The position numbers and the translations under genes were made by a program. The notes under the pieces are model-generated. The model was not told the DNA's origin. It saw only the letters and a list, made by a program, of their open reading frames with translations, and searched no databases. 64,000 nucleotides of DNA, from contig JAEELJ010000028.1 in the NCBI GenBank assembly GCA_016288855.1, positions 379 to 64,378 of the forward strand, given 5' to 3'. Positions 1-9,312 of the stretch are shown here, in pieces. How positions within the stretch are numbered: the first letter of the stretch is position 1; each line of letters begins with the position of its first letter. The DNA is from Acholeplasmatales bacterium. GTDB lineage: Bacteria > Bacillota_I > Bacilli_A > Acholeplasmatales > Anaeroplasmataceae.

Positions 1-237
1 ACAATAATGTGAATCAGTTCCTCCTATAGCATATCTAATAATACCATTATTATTTTCTAATACATATAAATTATAGAAGTAATCTTCTTCTGTTTTTGAA
101 TTATATATATTATTTAATTCTTTAATATTAGAATTCTCACCATTAATTAAGACTGTATCATTATTAGTGCTATTATTTGAGCATGAACACAATAAAAACA
201 CAGGGAATAATAAAATTAAAAGCAACATTTTTTTCAT
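1..237 (-). CDS. lipoprotein, N-terminal part (gene runs off the window start)
   Basis: ATG at 237 is preceded by GGGAGG. The translation MKKMLLLILLFPVFLLCSCSNNSTNN... has a lipobox (LLCSC). The frame stays open to position 1. Confidence 0.55.
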   Translation of the reverse strand, partial: MKKMLLLILLFPVFLLCSCSNNSTNNDTVLINGENSNIKELNNIYNSKTEEDYFYNLYVLENNNGIIRYAIGGTDSHYC

Positions 238-307
238 TATTCTAGCCTCCCTTTCGTTTATTAAAATTAATATTATTAACGCTACCTTTAGTTTAATTTT
301 AACACTA

Positions 308-340
308 AAAACAAAAAATACAACCAAATTGAATTGGTTG
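308..340 (-). terminator. intrinsic terminator
   Basis: CAACCAA/TTGGTTG hairpin at 321-340, followed on the minus strand by a U-rich run (plus-strand acaaaaaata). Confidence 0.5.
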
Positions 341-473
341 CTTTTATGATTATTCTTCTATTTCTTCTATGATAGTTGGGATAGCATAATTTAAAAAATG
401 ATCTATAAAAACATATTTTGTATCATTATCGTATTCTTCATATTCTAATCTTATAATTTACTATCCCTATAAA

Positions 474-1175
474 TTATTCTCTAAAGCTTTTATAATATAA
501 ATTTAACAATATACAAGCTAATATGTATGTTGGCCAAATTAAAAGACCTAATGTATTTGACAAATATACATCAACACTTAATAATGCTGATATTCCAATT
601 GATAAATCACTTATAAATATTAATATTGATGCAATCATCATTATTAGACTAATATTATCCCTTTTCTTTATAAATTTAATAATACTAAATATCATATTAA
701 TTATTATTAATGATGCTAAAAATGAATCAATTGCCATTATTAAAGACAATCTTTTTAATATTAATAATGTGACTAAAATAATACTACCTAATACAAATGC
801 ACCTATATATTCATATATTCTTGCTTGCCTAATAAACATTAATAATAAGTAAGCTAAAATAAATAATATATGGCCAATAAAATCAATTTTAACAAAAGAA
901 AAGAATATATCCGCTACAAATATAAATATAAAATAAATTACAAATAAATCTTCTCTTATTCCTTCTTTATCTTTATTTTTGAAAAATAAATATGAAGAAT
1001 ATATTAAAGATACTAATGTAATTAAAACATGTAATATTGCAATATATATAAATATATCCCTACTCTTATCAAGCAAATTATATCCAAAGGATAAATATAT
1101 TATTTGAAATATAAGCAATATAAAATAAAGTATTAATTCAATAAACGAATATACCTTAAATTTAGTTGTTTTCAC
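474..1175 (-). CDS. polytopic membrane protein of unknown function (possibly YhhN-like)
   Basis: 233-aa ORF that is almost entirely hydrophobic, with about 7-8 predicted TM segments. The family assignment is a guess. Confidence 0.5.
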   Translation of the reverse strand: MKTTKFKVYSFIELILYFILLIFQIIYLSFGYNLLDKSRDIFIYIAILHVLITLVSLIYSSYLFFKNKDKEGIREDLFVIYFIFIFVADIFFSFVKIDFIGHILFILAYLLLMFIRQARIYEYIGAFVLGSIILVTLLILKRLSLIMAIDSFLASLIIINMIFSIIKFIKKRDNISLIMMIASILIFISDLSIGISALLSVDVYLSNTLGLLIWPTYILACILLNLYYKSFRE

Positions 1176-1384
1176 TTTCCCATCTTCTTTACAATAATTT
1201 ATTAAAATCTCTTAAAATACTTCATATGCCATAAAAAATAAATAGATTTATTCTCCACCCTAAATATCTAATTATATGTATAAATCCTCCCCGGTTTTAT
1301 ACATTTTTATGACATTTTCTACAATTATAACATTTATATTTTATATTTCAATAAAATATTAAATATATTGACATTGTTTTATGT

Positions 1385-1410
1385 TAAAAAAGGAAGCATT
1401 CAAGCTTCCT
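1385..1410 (-). terminator. intrinsic terminator after the ABC/GST operon
   Basis: GGAAGC-ATTCA-AGCTTCC hairpin at 1392-1410, followed by U6 on the minus strand, 8 nt after the stop at 1418. Confidence 0.65.
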
Positions 1411-1417
1411 CAATTAA

Positions 1418-2668
1418 TTATTCATTTTTTAATAATCCCTTTAAAGGATTAATTGATGCATCAACTGATAAAATAAAGTTCTTATCGGCTCTAACCTCTT
1501 GGCTCTTATCATTCCACTTAGTTTGAGATATTTCAGTTTGATATTCTTCTACTGTTTCCCCCTTCTTATGGTATAAGAAAATATGTTCTGGATCACTTGA
1601 TAATTCTTTTCTCTTGTGATCTGTTTTAAGTTCTATATCCCAATTGATTTTAGCTGCAATTCTTGGTAGGTATGTACCAAATGATTTTGTAAATCCTTCT
1701 TTATTATCCTTTGGAATGTTTGTATATCTTTTGAATTCTTCAACACTATATAATTCTTTAATATATTCCCATACATTATGATATTCAGATACTCTCTTCT
1801 TTTGTGGTCCTACATTAACATAGAAATCTGTTTCCCACTTTATTAATGAAACATAGGCTCTAATATCAGAATCTGTAATATAGTCACCAAATAAGAATCT
1901 ATTTGTTTCAAGTCTCTTATCAAGCTTTTCTAAAGCTAGGTGGAATGCCTTTTGGCCATCCTTATATCCTTCTGGTGATTGAGCAAATGCTTGACGATAA
2001 TGTCCATCATTAATATTTGGGAATAACCAATCATTAAATTCATCAATTTCTTTTCTATATTTTACTGGATATAAATCTGGTGCATCTTTTGGTTGGAATT
2101 TTCTAAATTGAACCTCTAGATAATTAGTTAATCTATGGTAATCATTATTAATTGCCTTCTTTTCCTTATAATCAGCAAGTGTTGGTGTTGTTGCACGACC
2201 AGTAAAGTTTTTATCAGTATTTAAGTATAAATCTGATAAGAAATATACTCCAGTATATTTATCCTTAAATAATGGTTCTTCTGGGAAACCCCAACCATAT
2301 TTATTAGTCTCACCAGTATGTGAAACCTTATAATCTTTAATTACATCATTTAATCCTAATAAATCTCTTGCGATAACTGGTCTATTACTCCAGTTGCAGC
2401 CAGGTGACCAATAAATAATATATCTATCCTTATCAGCCTTTAAATCCCCTTCTTTATCTCCAAACGGTGTTATAAGATAGTTAGCCTGTCTAACCCAAAA
2501 TCCCTTTTCATCGATTTCGCCATTTTGAATTGTTGGACGTTCCTTTGTACCACTTAGTTTAGCAAAATATAAAGCTAAATTATCAGTATATTCAACTTTA
2601 TTGCTATCTTCCTTTAAAACCTTTTCCTTATGTTGCTTAATTCCGCATTCTAATCTAATTTCTCCCAT
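1418..2668 (-). CDS. Xi-class glutathione transferase-like protein (glutathionyl-hydroquinone reductase, YqjG/ECM4 family)
   Basis: RYIIYWSPGCNWSNRPVIARDLLGL aligns to the YqjG active-site region (..SLACPWAHRTLI..). DIRAYVSLIKWETDFYVNVGPQKKRVSEYHNVWEYIKELY aligns to the YqjG D(I)RLFxTLxRFDxVYxxHFKCN...YPNLxxYLxxLY block. Confidence 0.7.
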   Translation of the reverse strand: MGEIRLECGIKQHKEKVLKEDSNKVEYTDNLALYFAKLSGTKERPTIQNGEIDEKGFWVRQANYLITPFGDKEGDLKADKDRYIIYWSPGCNWSNRPVIARDLLGLNDVIKDYKVSHTGETNKYGWGFPEEPLFKDKYTGVYFLSDLYLNTDKNFTGRATTPTLADYKEKKAINNDYHRLTNYLEVQFRKFQPKDAPDLYPVKYRKEIDEFNDWLFPNINDGHYRQAFAQSPEGYKDGQKAFHLALEKLDKRLETNRFLFGDYITDSDIRAYVSLIKWETDFYVNVGPQKKRVSEYHNVWEYIKELYSVEEFKRYTNIPKDNKEGFTKSFGTYLPRIAAKINWDIELKTDHKRKELSSDPEHIFLYHKKGETVEEYQTEISQTKWNDKSQEVRADKNFILSVDASINPLKGLLKNE

Positions 2669-2695
2669 TTTTATTTACCTCTTTTATCTTAAAAT

Positions 2696-3469
2696 TTAAA
2701 TTACATATTCTGGATTCCTTAAGACATGCATTTTCTCAAAGAATTTCTTTGTTCTTTCATTTTTAGGGTTTTCAAACACCTCTTCTGGTGTTCCATCCTC
2801 TATAATCTTACCCTTATCTAAGAATATAACTCTATTAGAAACCTTTCTTATAAAGTCCATTTCATGTGATACTAATATCATTGTATATCCTTGATTTTTC
2901 ACCTTTTTTATTATATCTAAAACTTCACCAATCAATTCTGGATCTAGTGCAGATGTTGGTTCATCTAACAATATAATATCTGGTCTCATTGCAAGTGTTC
3001 TTGCGATAGCAATTCTTTGCTTCTGTCCTCCACTTAAATGCTTTGGATAATGGTCTTTATGGTCCTTTAATCCAACATTTTCAAGCTCATTAAGTGCAAT
3101 CTCTAAAGCTTCATCTTTTTTTATATGCTTAACTATTCTTAAACCAGATATAACATTTTTTAATGCAGTTTTGTGTTCAAATAAATTAAAATTTTGAAAC
3201 ACCATTCCTGTTTTCTTTCTTATCTTTATAATATTTTTCTTATCTTTTCCTTTTAGTGGGAATGAAACCATTATATCTTCATCCCCTTTAAATACGATTG
3301 TTCCTTCTTCAGGATGCTCTAAATAATTAATGCATCTTAACAAAGTAGATTTGCCGGTTCCTGATGGTCCAATGATTCCAATTACATCACCCTTATTAAT
3401 ATCAAGATCAATTCCATCTAAGACTTGATTATCTTGATATTTTTTCTTAAGTCCTCTAATCTCAATCAT
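2696..3469 (-). CDS. polar amino-acid ABC transporter, ATP-binding protein
   Basis: Walker A GPSGTGKST, signature LSGGQKQR, Walker B IILLDEPTSALD. GlnQ/TcyC-like length (257 aa). Confidence 0.9.
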   Translation of the reverse strand: MIEIRGLKKKYQDNQVLDGIDLDINKGDVIGIIGPSGTGKSTLLRCINYLEHPEEGTIVFKGDEDIMVSFPLKGKDKKNIIKIRKKTGMVFQNFNLFEHKTALKNVISGLRIVKHIKKDEALEIALNELENVGLKDHKDHYPKHLSGGQKQRIAIARTLAMRPDIILLDEPTSALDPELIGEVLDIIKKVKNQGYTMILVSHEMDFIRKVSNRVIFLDKGKIIEDGTPEEVFENPKNERTKKFFEKMHVLRNPEYVI

Positions 3470-4292
3470 TTAAAACCACCTCTTTTTCTATAGATACTTC
3501 CTCTTCCTTTTCTTCTAGGATTTCCTTTTCAATTTCTTTTTTTCTTAATACCTTCAAGAAAAATTGCTTAAATTTAGAAGGCTTTTCTCCTACCTGATCA
3601 GGAATTGAAATCTTCTTTTCTAATATCTTTAATAACTGCTCAATTATTATAGTAATAATCCAGTAAATAATAGCTAAGGCAACATATCCTTCTAAGTATC
3701 TATAGCTTCTACCTGATATAATTTGAGCTTGTGCAGTTATTTCAACAATTCCACATGCGAATGCAAGTGATGTTCCCTTTATTAATCCAATTAATGAATT
3801 TACAAGTCCTGGTACTGCAATTTCTAATGCCTCAGGGATGATTACTTTAAATAGAATTTGTGGGTACGTCATGCCCATTGCTTGGGCCGCTTCAATCTCT
3901 CCCTTACTTACAGACATAAATGCCGCTCTAATTGTTTCTGAGGTATATGCTGATTGATATATACCTAATGCTAAGAATGCATATATTATTTTAGGTATTT
4001 GTCTTACAACCTCATTACCAAAGCCTAATGCATTGATAATCATAGGAACACCATAATATGCTACATATAATTGTATAATCATTGGTGTTCCTCTTATTAA
4101 GGATAAGAATACCTTAGCTAACTGTTCTAAAACTGGTATTTTCTTAATTCTTATTACAGCAAGTAATAAACCTAATACTAAAGATATTACCATAGCAACA
4201 AATGCGAGTTCTAATGTGATTGGTATTTTTGCAAGAAGCTCAGGCATTTGTCCCCAAACTCTATTCCAATCAAATAATGCCTGTAATATCAT
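3462..4292 (-). CDS. amino-acid ABC transporter permease (His/Glu/Gln/Arg/opine family)
   Basis: Multi-TM protein with an EAA-like loop (SVSKGEIEAAQAMGMT). It overlaps the ATPase gene by 8 nt. The C-terminal tail is Lys/Glu-rich. Confidence 0.85.
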   Translation of the reverse strand: MILQALFDWNRVWGQMPELLAKIPITLELAFVAMVISLVLGLLLAVIRIKKIPVLEQLAKVFLSLIRGTPMIIQLYVAYYGVPMIINALGFGNEVVRQIPKIIYAFLALGIYQSAYTSETIRAAFMSVSKGEIEAAQAMGMTYPQILFKVIIPEALEIAVPGLVNSLIGLIKGTSLAFACGIVEITAQAQIISGRSYRYLEGYVALAIIYWIITIIIEQLLKILEKKISIPDQVGEKPSKFKQFFLKVLRKKEIEKEILEEKEEEVSIEKEVVLND

Positions 4293-4321
4293 TTCTTTAC
4301 TCCTTTTTATCTAATATTTAA

Positions 4322-5176
4322 TTAGTTTAAATAAACATAATCACTATCGTTAGGTGTGATATCAATACCAACCCACTGTAATGCCAATTGCTTTAAAGTA
4401 CCATCATCATGTAATTCCTTTATTTTTTCTGATACTTCCTTTCTTAAAGAATCAGCATTATCATTTACTCTATTAAATAATAAATGTGATGTTGCACTTG
4501 TTGTTATATTTTGTGTTACATAATCATCAGAAAGTTGAGTTAATTCTAACTGTGCGAATTCATCTGGATATGATTGTGCCCAACTGTTTAATACTGGTAG
4601 GTCACCTACTTCAGCATATTCACCACTAATGTAATATGGTAATTTAGCAGTAATATCTGCACTAGAATACTCAATCGTAACTTGCTTATCTGGATGCTTT
4701 TCATTGTAATTTTCAATTGCATTTGTTGTATTATTTCCTGCTGAACCAAATACCTTTACACCAGCCTCAGCTAATGCTTCAAATGAATCATATGAAGTTC
4801 CCTTTGCTGAATAAATACCATACTTTGCTCTAGTATATGGATAAGAGAAATAATAGCTCTTTGCACGATCGCTATTATAGCTCCAGTTATTAATTGAGAA
4901 ATCAATTAAACCTGTTTGTGCATCAGTTAATGCTGAATCTGAAATAGTTAAATCTAGTTTGTATTGTGGTAATCTATTGAATACTTCATTAATTACTGCA
5001 ATATCATAACCTTCAAGTGTTCCATTATCTGACTGATAAATGAATGGTGCAGGTGCACCTTTAGTTTCTGCATAGATAGTTGTAACACCATCATCATTGG
5101 CATTTTTACATGCACTCACTCCTACTACCGCTGTTGCAACGGCTCCTAAACCTAATAATTTTCTAAATAATTTCAT
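4322..5176 (-). CDS. amino-acid ABC transporter substrate-binding lipoprotein
   Basis: Lipobox VGVSAC. Family-3 solute-binding-protein size and position directly upstream of the permease and ATPase genes. RBS GGAGGAG. Confidence 0.8.
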   Translation of the reverse strand: MKLFRKLLGLGAVATAVVGVSACKNANDDGVTTIYAETKGAPAPFIYQSDNGTLEGYDIAVINEVFNRLPQYKLDLTISDSALTDAQTGLIDFSINNWSYNSDRAKSYYFSYPYTRAKYGIYSAKGTSYDSFEALAEAGVKVFGSAGNNTTNAIENYNEKHPDKQVTIEYSSADITAKLPYYISGEYAEVGDLPVLNSWAQSYPDEFAQLELTQLSDDYVTQNITTSATSHLLFNRVNDNADSLRKEVSEKIKELHDDGTLKQLALQWVGIDITPNDSDYVYLN

Positions 5177-5209
5177 ATAATAATCTCCTCCTTATTTTGT
5201 CTTATGAAT

Positions 5210-5240
5210 AAAAAAATGTGGGATTGCAATAATCCCACAT
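5210..5240 (-). terminator. leader (attenuator) terminator upstream of the ABC operon
   Basis: Perfect 10-bp stem AUGUGGGAUU/AAUCCCACAU (5216-5240) followed by U7 on the minus strand. It lies only about 35 nt upstream of the substrate-binding-protein start, which leaves no room for a separate promoter. Confidence 0.7.
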
Positions 5241-5266
5241 GACTAAAAATATATTAAAGGGTTCTA

Positions 5267-5398
5267 TCATCCTTTAAGTAGTCTTTTATTAGGGATAAAG
5301 CAACGACTAAAAACTGCTGTACACATTGGCATACAACATAAACACATCATCATATAAGAATTGTTAATATTTAAAGAATGATTAATGACTGTTCTCAT
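5267..5398 (-). CDS. 43-aa Cys/Met-rich leader peptide (candidate attenuation peptide)
   Basis: My own translation: MRTVINHSLNINNSYMMMCLCCMPMCTAVFSRCFIPNKRLLKG, ending in TGA. GGAGG sits 8 nt upstream of the ATG. The ORF lies between a strong promoter and the leader terminator. It is too short to appear in the supplied ORF track. Confidence 0.55.
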   Translation of the reverse strand: MRTVINHSLNINNSYMMMCLCCMPMCTAVFSRCFIPNKRLLKG

Positions 5399-5456
5399 AT
5401 TTTAGTCCTCCTTTTCCTTTTTCCTACTATTCCTAGTTATTCACTAGACATTTACC

Positions 5457-5485
5457 ATAATAACCCATAATTCTTTTTTTGTCAA
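5457..5485 (-). promoter_or_regulatory. sigma-A type promoter for the leader peptide/ABC operon
   Basis: On the minus strand: TTGACA (5480-5485), 17 nt, TATTAT (5457-5462). Confidence 0.55.
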
Positions 5486-5504
5486 CAACTATTTACTGTT
5501 TTTT

Positions 5505-5535
5505 TAAAGAAAATTAAATGGGCTATATATAGCCC
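5505..5535 (-). terminator. intrinsic terminator
   Basis: Palindrome GGGCTATATATAGCCC (5520-5535) directly after the stop at 5544, followed on the minus strand by a U-rich tract. Confidence 0.55.
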
Positions 5536-5543
5536 AAATAAAA

Positions 5544-6206
5544 TTATCTCTTAAATTTTAATAAATATTCTTTATCATTATCACTTACTCTAAATGATTC
5601 TCTCATTTTCTGAATACCTTTATTAATAGTAAAATCATCCAGGTTAGATGATTTTAAGTATTCTAATAATTTAGTTCTATATTTAATCATTAATTCACAT
5701 AGAAGCCATGCGATAGCCATCTTAGTATAATAATATGAATTATTAACTTCTTCTATAATTTTGAATATATCATCTATATAGTTATCACATACATAATGAG
5801 ATAAAAGCATTATTATAACAAATCTAATTTCAAATTCTTTATTTGATTTTTTATATTTTTCTATTAAATCATAAAAGTATTCTCTATTCTTATCTATTAT
5901 CTTTAATTTATTTAAAGAATCACAAAAAGCCCAGTTATCTATTTTAGGAACAATACGATCTAATTCCTTATGAACAAATTCTTTGTCCTTTATTAAAGAT
6001 AATATATACATATGAATTATATTTTCTTCATGATATTTATGTTTTTCATTAATAAAATCAATATATGAATTATCTTTTATAGCATATTTAGCTATTTCTA
6101 ATAACTTAGGACTTCTTACACCTAGCATATTTGAAACATTAAGTGAGGATTGAAATTTAAGATATTCTTTATCTATATTTTGTTCTAAATATTCTCTTAT
6201 ATTCAT
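5544..6206 (-). CDS. DNA alkylation repair protein (AlkD-like HEAT-repeat family)
   Basis: 220 aa. Helical-repeat sequence with the family-typical ..IDNWAFCDSL.. motif and the N-terminal EYLKFQSSLNVSNMLGVRSPKLLEIAK pattern. Confidence 0.6.
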   Translation of the reverse strand: MNIREYLEQNIDKEYLKFQSSLNVSNMLGVRSPKLLEIAKYAIKDNSYIDFINEKHKYHEENIIHMYILSLIKDKEFVHKELDRIVPKIDNWAFCDSLNKLKIIDKNREYFYDLIEKYKKSNKEFEIRFVIIMLLSHYVCDNYIDDIFKIIEEVNNSYYYTKMAIAWLLCELMIKYRTKLLEYLKSSNLDDFTINKGIQKMRESFRVSDNDKEYLLKFKR

Positions 6207-6215
6207 AGCCTCTCC

Positions 6216-7079
6216 TTATTTAATATATTTATCCTTATATTTTTGATACATGTATACTTCTAGTGCTTCTTTTTCTATAGAAACACTTATTTTTTTAGTT
6301 TTTAAGGCGTTTTCTCCATCAATATTGATATTTACCTCTTCATCAAAAGAAATATCAATGTTTTCTAAATATTGGCTTTTCTTAGAATTAAACCATAAAT
6401 GAAATAAGAATGATAGAAAGCCAAATACTCTAGGCTTATTATTAATTAATCTATAATTAAATGATCCATCATTTAAATATAATTTATTTTTAATTCTATT
6501 TCCAGCAAGGCTTTTTGATTTAGTAATAATACCAATAAAATATCTTTTATTGTTTATTATTGGTCTTTCTAAGTGCCCTACTAATAATCTTAAAGCAAAT
6601 AAATAATATGATAATTTACCAAATATATTTTTAGATTTCTTTTTAGCATCGTAAGATATTCTTGTTGCGGCACCAAAAGCCATTGCGTAAGTCATATAAA
6701 TATTATTTACCTTAGTAATATCTATTTTTGATGTAGTAGTAATATCAAAATTCTTTAAAGCCTTTTTATAATTCTTACCTATTATAGTTCTTGCAAAATC
6801 ATTACATGTACCTAAAGGTATAACTAAAAGCTTAGGTCTTTTATTAAGCTTGATGATTGCATTAACTACTTCATGAGCTGTACCATCTCCACCTAGGGAT
6901 GCGATAGCATCATATTCTTCTCCCCTAGATAATATTTCTTTTGTAATTGAATTCTTTTCATAAGAAGAAAAAAAATCCACAGAAGAAAATTTCTTTGATA
7001 ACTCATTTTTAATATATTCAATTTTTGCTTTTTTATGACGCTTGCCAGAAAAGCTATTAAATATAATTAAGAGTCTCAT
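6216..7079 (-). CDS. diacylglycerol/lipid kinase (YegS/BmrU/DagK family)
   Basis: N-terminal LLIIFNSFSGK and the catalytic-domain motif SLGGDGTAHEVVNAI. Confidence 0.8.
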   Translation of the reverse strand: MRLLIIFNSFSGKRHKKAKIEYIKNELSKKFSSVDFFSSYEKNSITKEILSRGEEYDAIASLGGDGTAHEVVNAIIKLNKRPKLLVIPLGTCNDFARTIIGKNYKKALKNFDITTTSKIDITKVNNIYMTYAMAFGAATRISYDAKKKSKNIFGKLSYYLFALRLLVGHLERPIINNKRYFIGIITKSKSLAGNRIKNKLYLNDGSFNYRLINNKPRVFGFLSFLFHLWFNSKKSQYLENIDISFDEEVNINIDGENALKTKKISVSIEKEALEVYMYQKYKDKYIK

Positions 7080-7107
7080 AGTACCTCCTGTGGATATTTT
7101 ATTAATT

Positions 7108-7782
7108 TTAGCCGTTTACGAACGATGCAAACTTATCAATTTTTTCTTTAATACCTACCGCAACAACTGTATCACCAGGTGTTAGAAGGTCAGAACCTCT
7201 TGGAATAAAGAATTCTCCATTTTCCTTTATAATACCAACAATGTTAATATCAAATGCATTACGTAGGTTTAAGTCAATTAGAGATTTTGCTTTAAACTTT
7301 TCTCCAACCTCAAGCTTATACATACCATAATCACCTGATACATTATAATAGTCTACAATTGTATCTGATATTATTTGGTTTGCCAAAGAAATTGCAGATG
7401 ATTCTTCTGGAATAATAACATCTGTAGCACCAACCATTTCAAATAATTCCTTATGGTCAAATGAGTCAGCACGTACTGCAATCTTTTTAACACCTAAGTT
7501 CTTTAAATTAACAATTGATAAAATAGATGCCTGTAGATTATTACCGATTGCTACAACCGCAACATCTACACCATTCTTACCAATAAATTCCTGTAAAACA
7601 TTTCTTTTTGTAGCATCTGCTATAACGCAGTGTGGAATTTTTCTTGATACACCTTGTACAGATTCTTCATTAATATCAATTGCTAAAACATCACAGCCCA
7701 TATCAGCTAGAGTTGTTGCAACCTTTGATCCGAATCTACCTAAACCTATGACAAGATAGTTTTTGTTCTTTTTCTTTCTCAT
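7108..7782 (-). CDS. ktrA: potassium uptake protein, NAD-binding peripheral subunit (TrkA/KtrA)
   Basis: Rossmann motif IGLGRFGSKVA. TrkA-N plus TrkA-C length (224 aa). Overlaps the upstream TrkH/KtrB gene by 4 nt. Confidence 0.85.
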   Translation of the reverse strand: MRKKKNKNYLVIGLGRFGSKVATTLADMGCDVLAIDINEESVQGVSRKIPHCVIADATKRNVLQEFIGKNGVDVAVVAIGNNLQASILSIVNLKNLGVKKIAVRADSFDHKELFEMVGATDVIIPEESSAISLANQIISDTIVDYYNVSGDYGMYKLEVGEKFKAKSLIDLNLRNAFDINIVGIIKENGEFFIPRGSDLLTPGDTVVAVGIKEKIDKFASFVNG

Positions 7783-9212
7783 CCTATCATCACATTCTCC
7801 TTTACATACTGAATATCTTCAAATGCATTTGACATCCAGTTTTTATTTAAAACACCCATAATTGTTAATGGACCTAGACGTCCAAAGAACATAATAACAA
7901 CAATTATGATTCTATTAATAACATTTAAGCTTGAAGTAATACCCATTGATAATCCTGTTGTTGAGAATGCAGATACAACCTCAAACAATACCTTTTCAAA
8001 TCCTAAATATGGTTGAATTGCTAAAACAATAATTGTACCAATAAATACAATAATAATCGCAACTACAAGCAATACGAATGCCTTAGCTGATTGAGTATCA
8101 TCTATTCTTCTCTTAAACGCAGTTGCCTTCTTACCTCTTACATAATAATATATAGCGATAGCTGTAACTGCAAGTGTTGTTGTTTTAACACCACCACCTG
8201 TTGAACATGGGGATGCACCAATAAGCATTAAGAATATACAAATAATATAAGTAATTGGTAGCATTGACATTTGCGACATATCATATGTTGCAAATCCTGC
8301 AGTACGACATGTAATAGATGTAAACAATGCTTCCATGAAATTCATTTGTTCTGCATCTCCTGCTTTTGCAAAATTAGCAGATAACCATATAAATAGAGTA
8401 CCAAATATAATTAATATTAATGTAGTAATTAAAACAAACTTAGTATGTAGTGAGAAATAACTCCAACGGAATTTCTTTCTTACTACATCATCATAAACAA
8501 CAAATCCTAAGCTTCCTAATACAATCATTGCCATTGTTGAAGAATTTAACAAAACAATTGATGAGAAAGGAATAACATTTGATGTTGATGATAAAATAGT
8601 CATTGATGAATCACTAATAATATCAAATCCAGCATTATTAAATGATGCTGAAGCATGAAATAATGATAAAAAGAATGAATAAGAAAGCTTAAAGCTATTA
8701 TCACATTCTAATCTCATAATACCAATAGATTCTAATCCAGTCTCCCCATTACCAATTTGATATTCCAAATATTGATAAAATGGAAACCAATTGATAAATA
8801 CAAACACTAACTGAATTGAAAATGAAATTAAAACAATCTTTCTTACAAGACTTACTAAGCCTTCAACAGAAGATTGGTTAAGTGCTTCTCTTAATAGAAA
8901 TCTGTTAGAAATACCAATTCTTGCACCACCTATTGTGAAGAAGAATACAGTTATAGTTATAAATGAAAGTCCACCGACCTCCATTAATAATATCATAACT
9001 ATTTTGCCAAACAAAGTGAATTCTGATGCTATATTTCTTACTGTAAGACCTGTAACACATGTTGCACTTGTTGCAGTAAACAACGCATCAATAAATCCAA
9101 TAGATTGATTATTTGTTGAAGCAAAAGGCATTGATAACAAAAGCGTTCCAATTAGGATTACACCAACGAATGTTAATATGATATAAACATACGGATGTAT
9201 TTTTTTTGCCAT
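7779..9212 (-). CDS. ktrB: potassium transporter membrane subunit (TrkH/KtrB family)
   Basis: 477-aa polytopic protein with repeated selectivity-filter-like segments (TATCVTGL, NAGFD, RTAGF, STTGLS). Coupled to ktrA. Confidence 0.8.
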   Translation of the reverse strand: MAKKIHPYVYIILTFVGVILIGTLLLSMPFASTNNQSIGFIDALFTATSATCVTGLTVRNIASEFTLFGKIVMILLMEVGGLSFITITVFFFTIGGARIGISNRFLLREALNQSSVEGLVSLVRKIVLISFSIQLVFVFINWFPFYQYLEYQIGNGETGLESIGIMRLECDNSFKLSYSFFLSLFHASASFNNAGFDIISDSSMTILSSTSNVIPFSSIVLLNSSTMAMIVLGSLGFVVYDDVVRKKFRWSYFSLHTKFVLITTLILIIFGTLFIWLSANFAKAGDAEQMNFMEALFTSITCRTAGFATYDMSQMSMLPITYIICIFLMLIGASPCSTGGGVKTTTLAVTAIAIYYYVRGKKATAFKRRIDDTQSAKAFVLLVVAIIIVFIGTIIVLAIQPYLGFEKVLFEVVSAFSTTGLSMGITSSLNVINRIIIVVIMFFGRLGPLTIMGVLNKNWMSNAFEDIQYVKENVMIG

Positions 9213-9278
9213 ATAAACAACTCCTTAGCATATATTCATTATACTATAAGAAAATACAATTTTCCATAAAAATCCAAA

Positions 9279-9298
9279 AAAGACCCTTAAGGGTCTTT
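9279..9298 (-). terminator. intrinsic terminator after degV-like gene
   Basis: AAAGACCCTT/AAGGGTCTTT perfect palindrome followed by a U-run on the minus strand. Confidence 0.7.
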
Positions 9299-9312
9299 AA
9301 TTGATTATTTTT

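Noticed and set aside
350-473. Short minus-strand frame ...IRLEYEEYDNDTKYVFIDHFLNYAIPTIIEEIEE between the membrane-protein gene and the terminator at 321-340.
   Set aside because: There is no ATG/GTG/TTG start with an RBS in that frame, and it is not in frame with the upstream gene. Most likely it is non-coding spacer or a decayed remnant.
523-852. Opposite-strand or overlapping ORFs at 167-349, 523-852, 10897-11172, 13331-13603, 15307-15600, 44749-44997, 48780-48980, 49742-50191, 50942-51145, 51746-52207, 52253-52525, 56880-57188, 57722-57952 and 61210-61410.
   Set aside because: Each overlaps a longer CDS with recognisable motifs on the other strand. Each also lacks an RBS and any recognisable domain.
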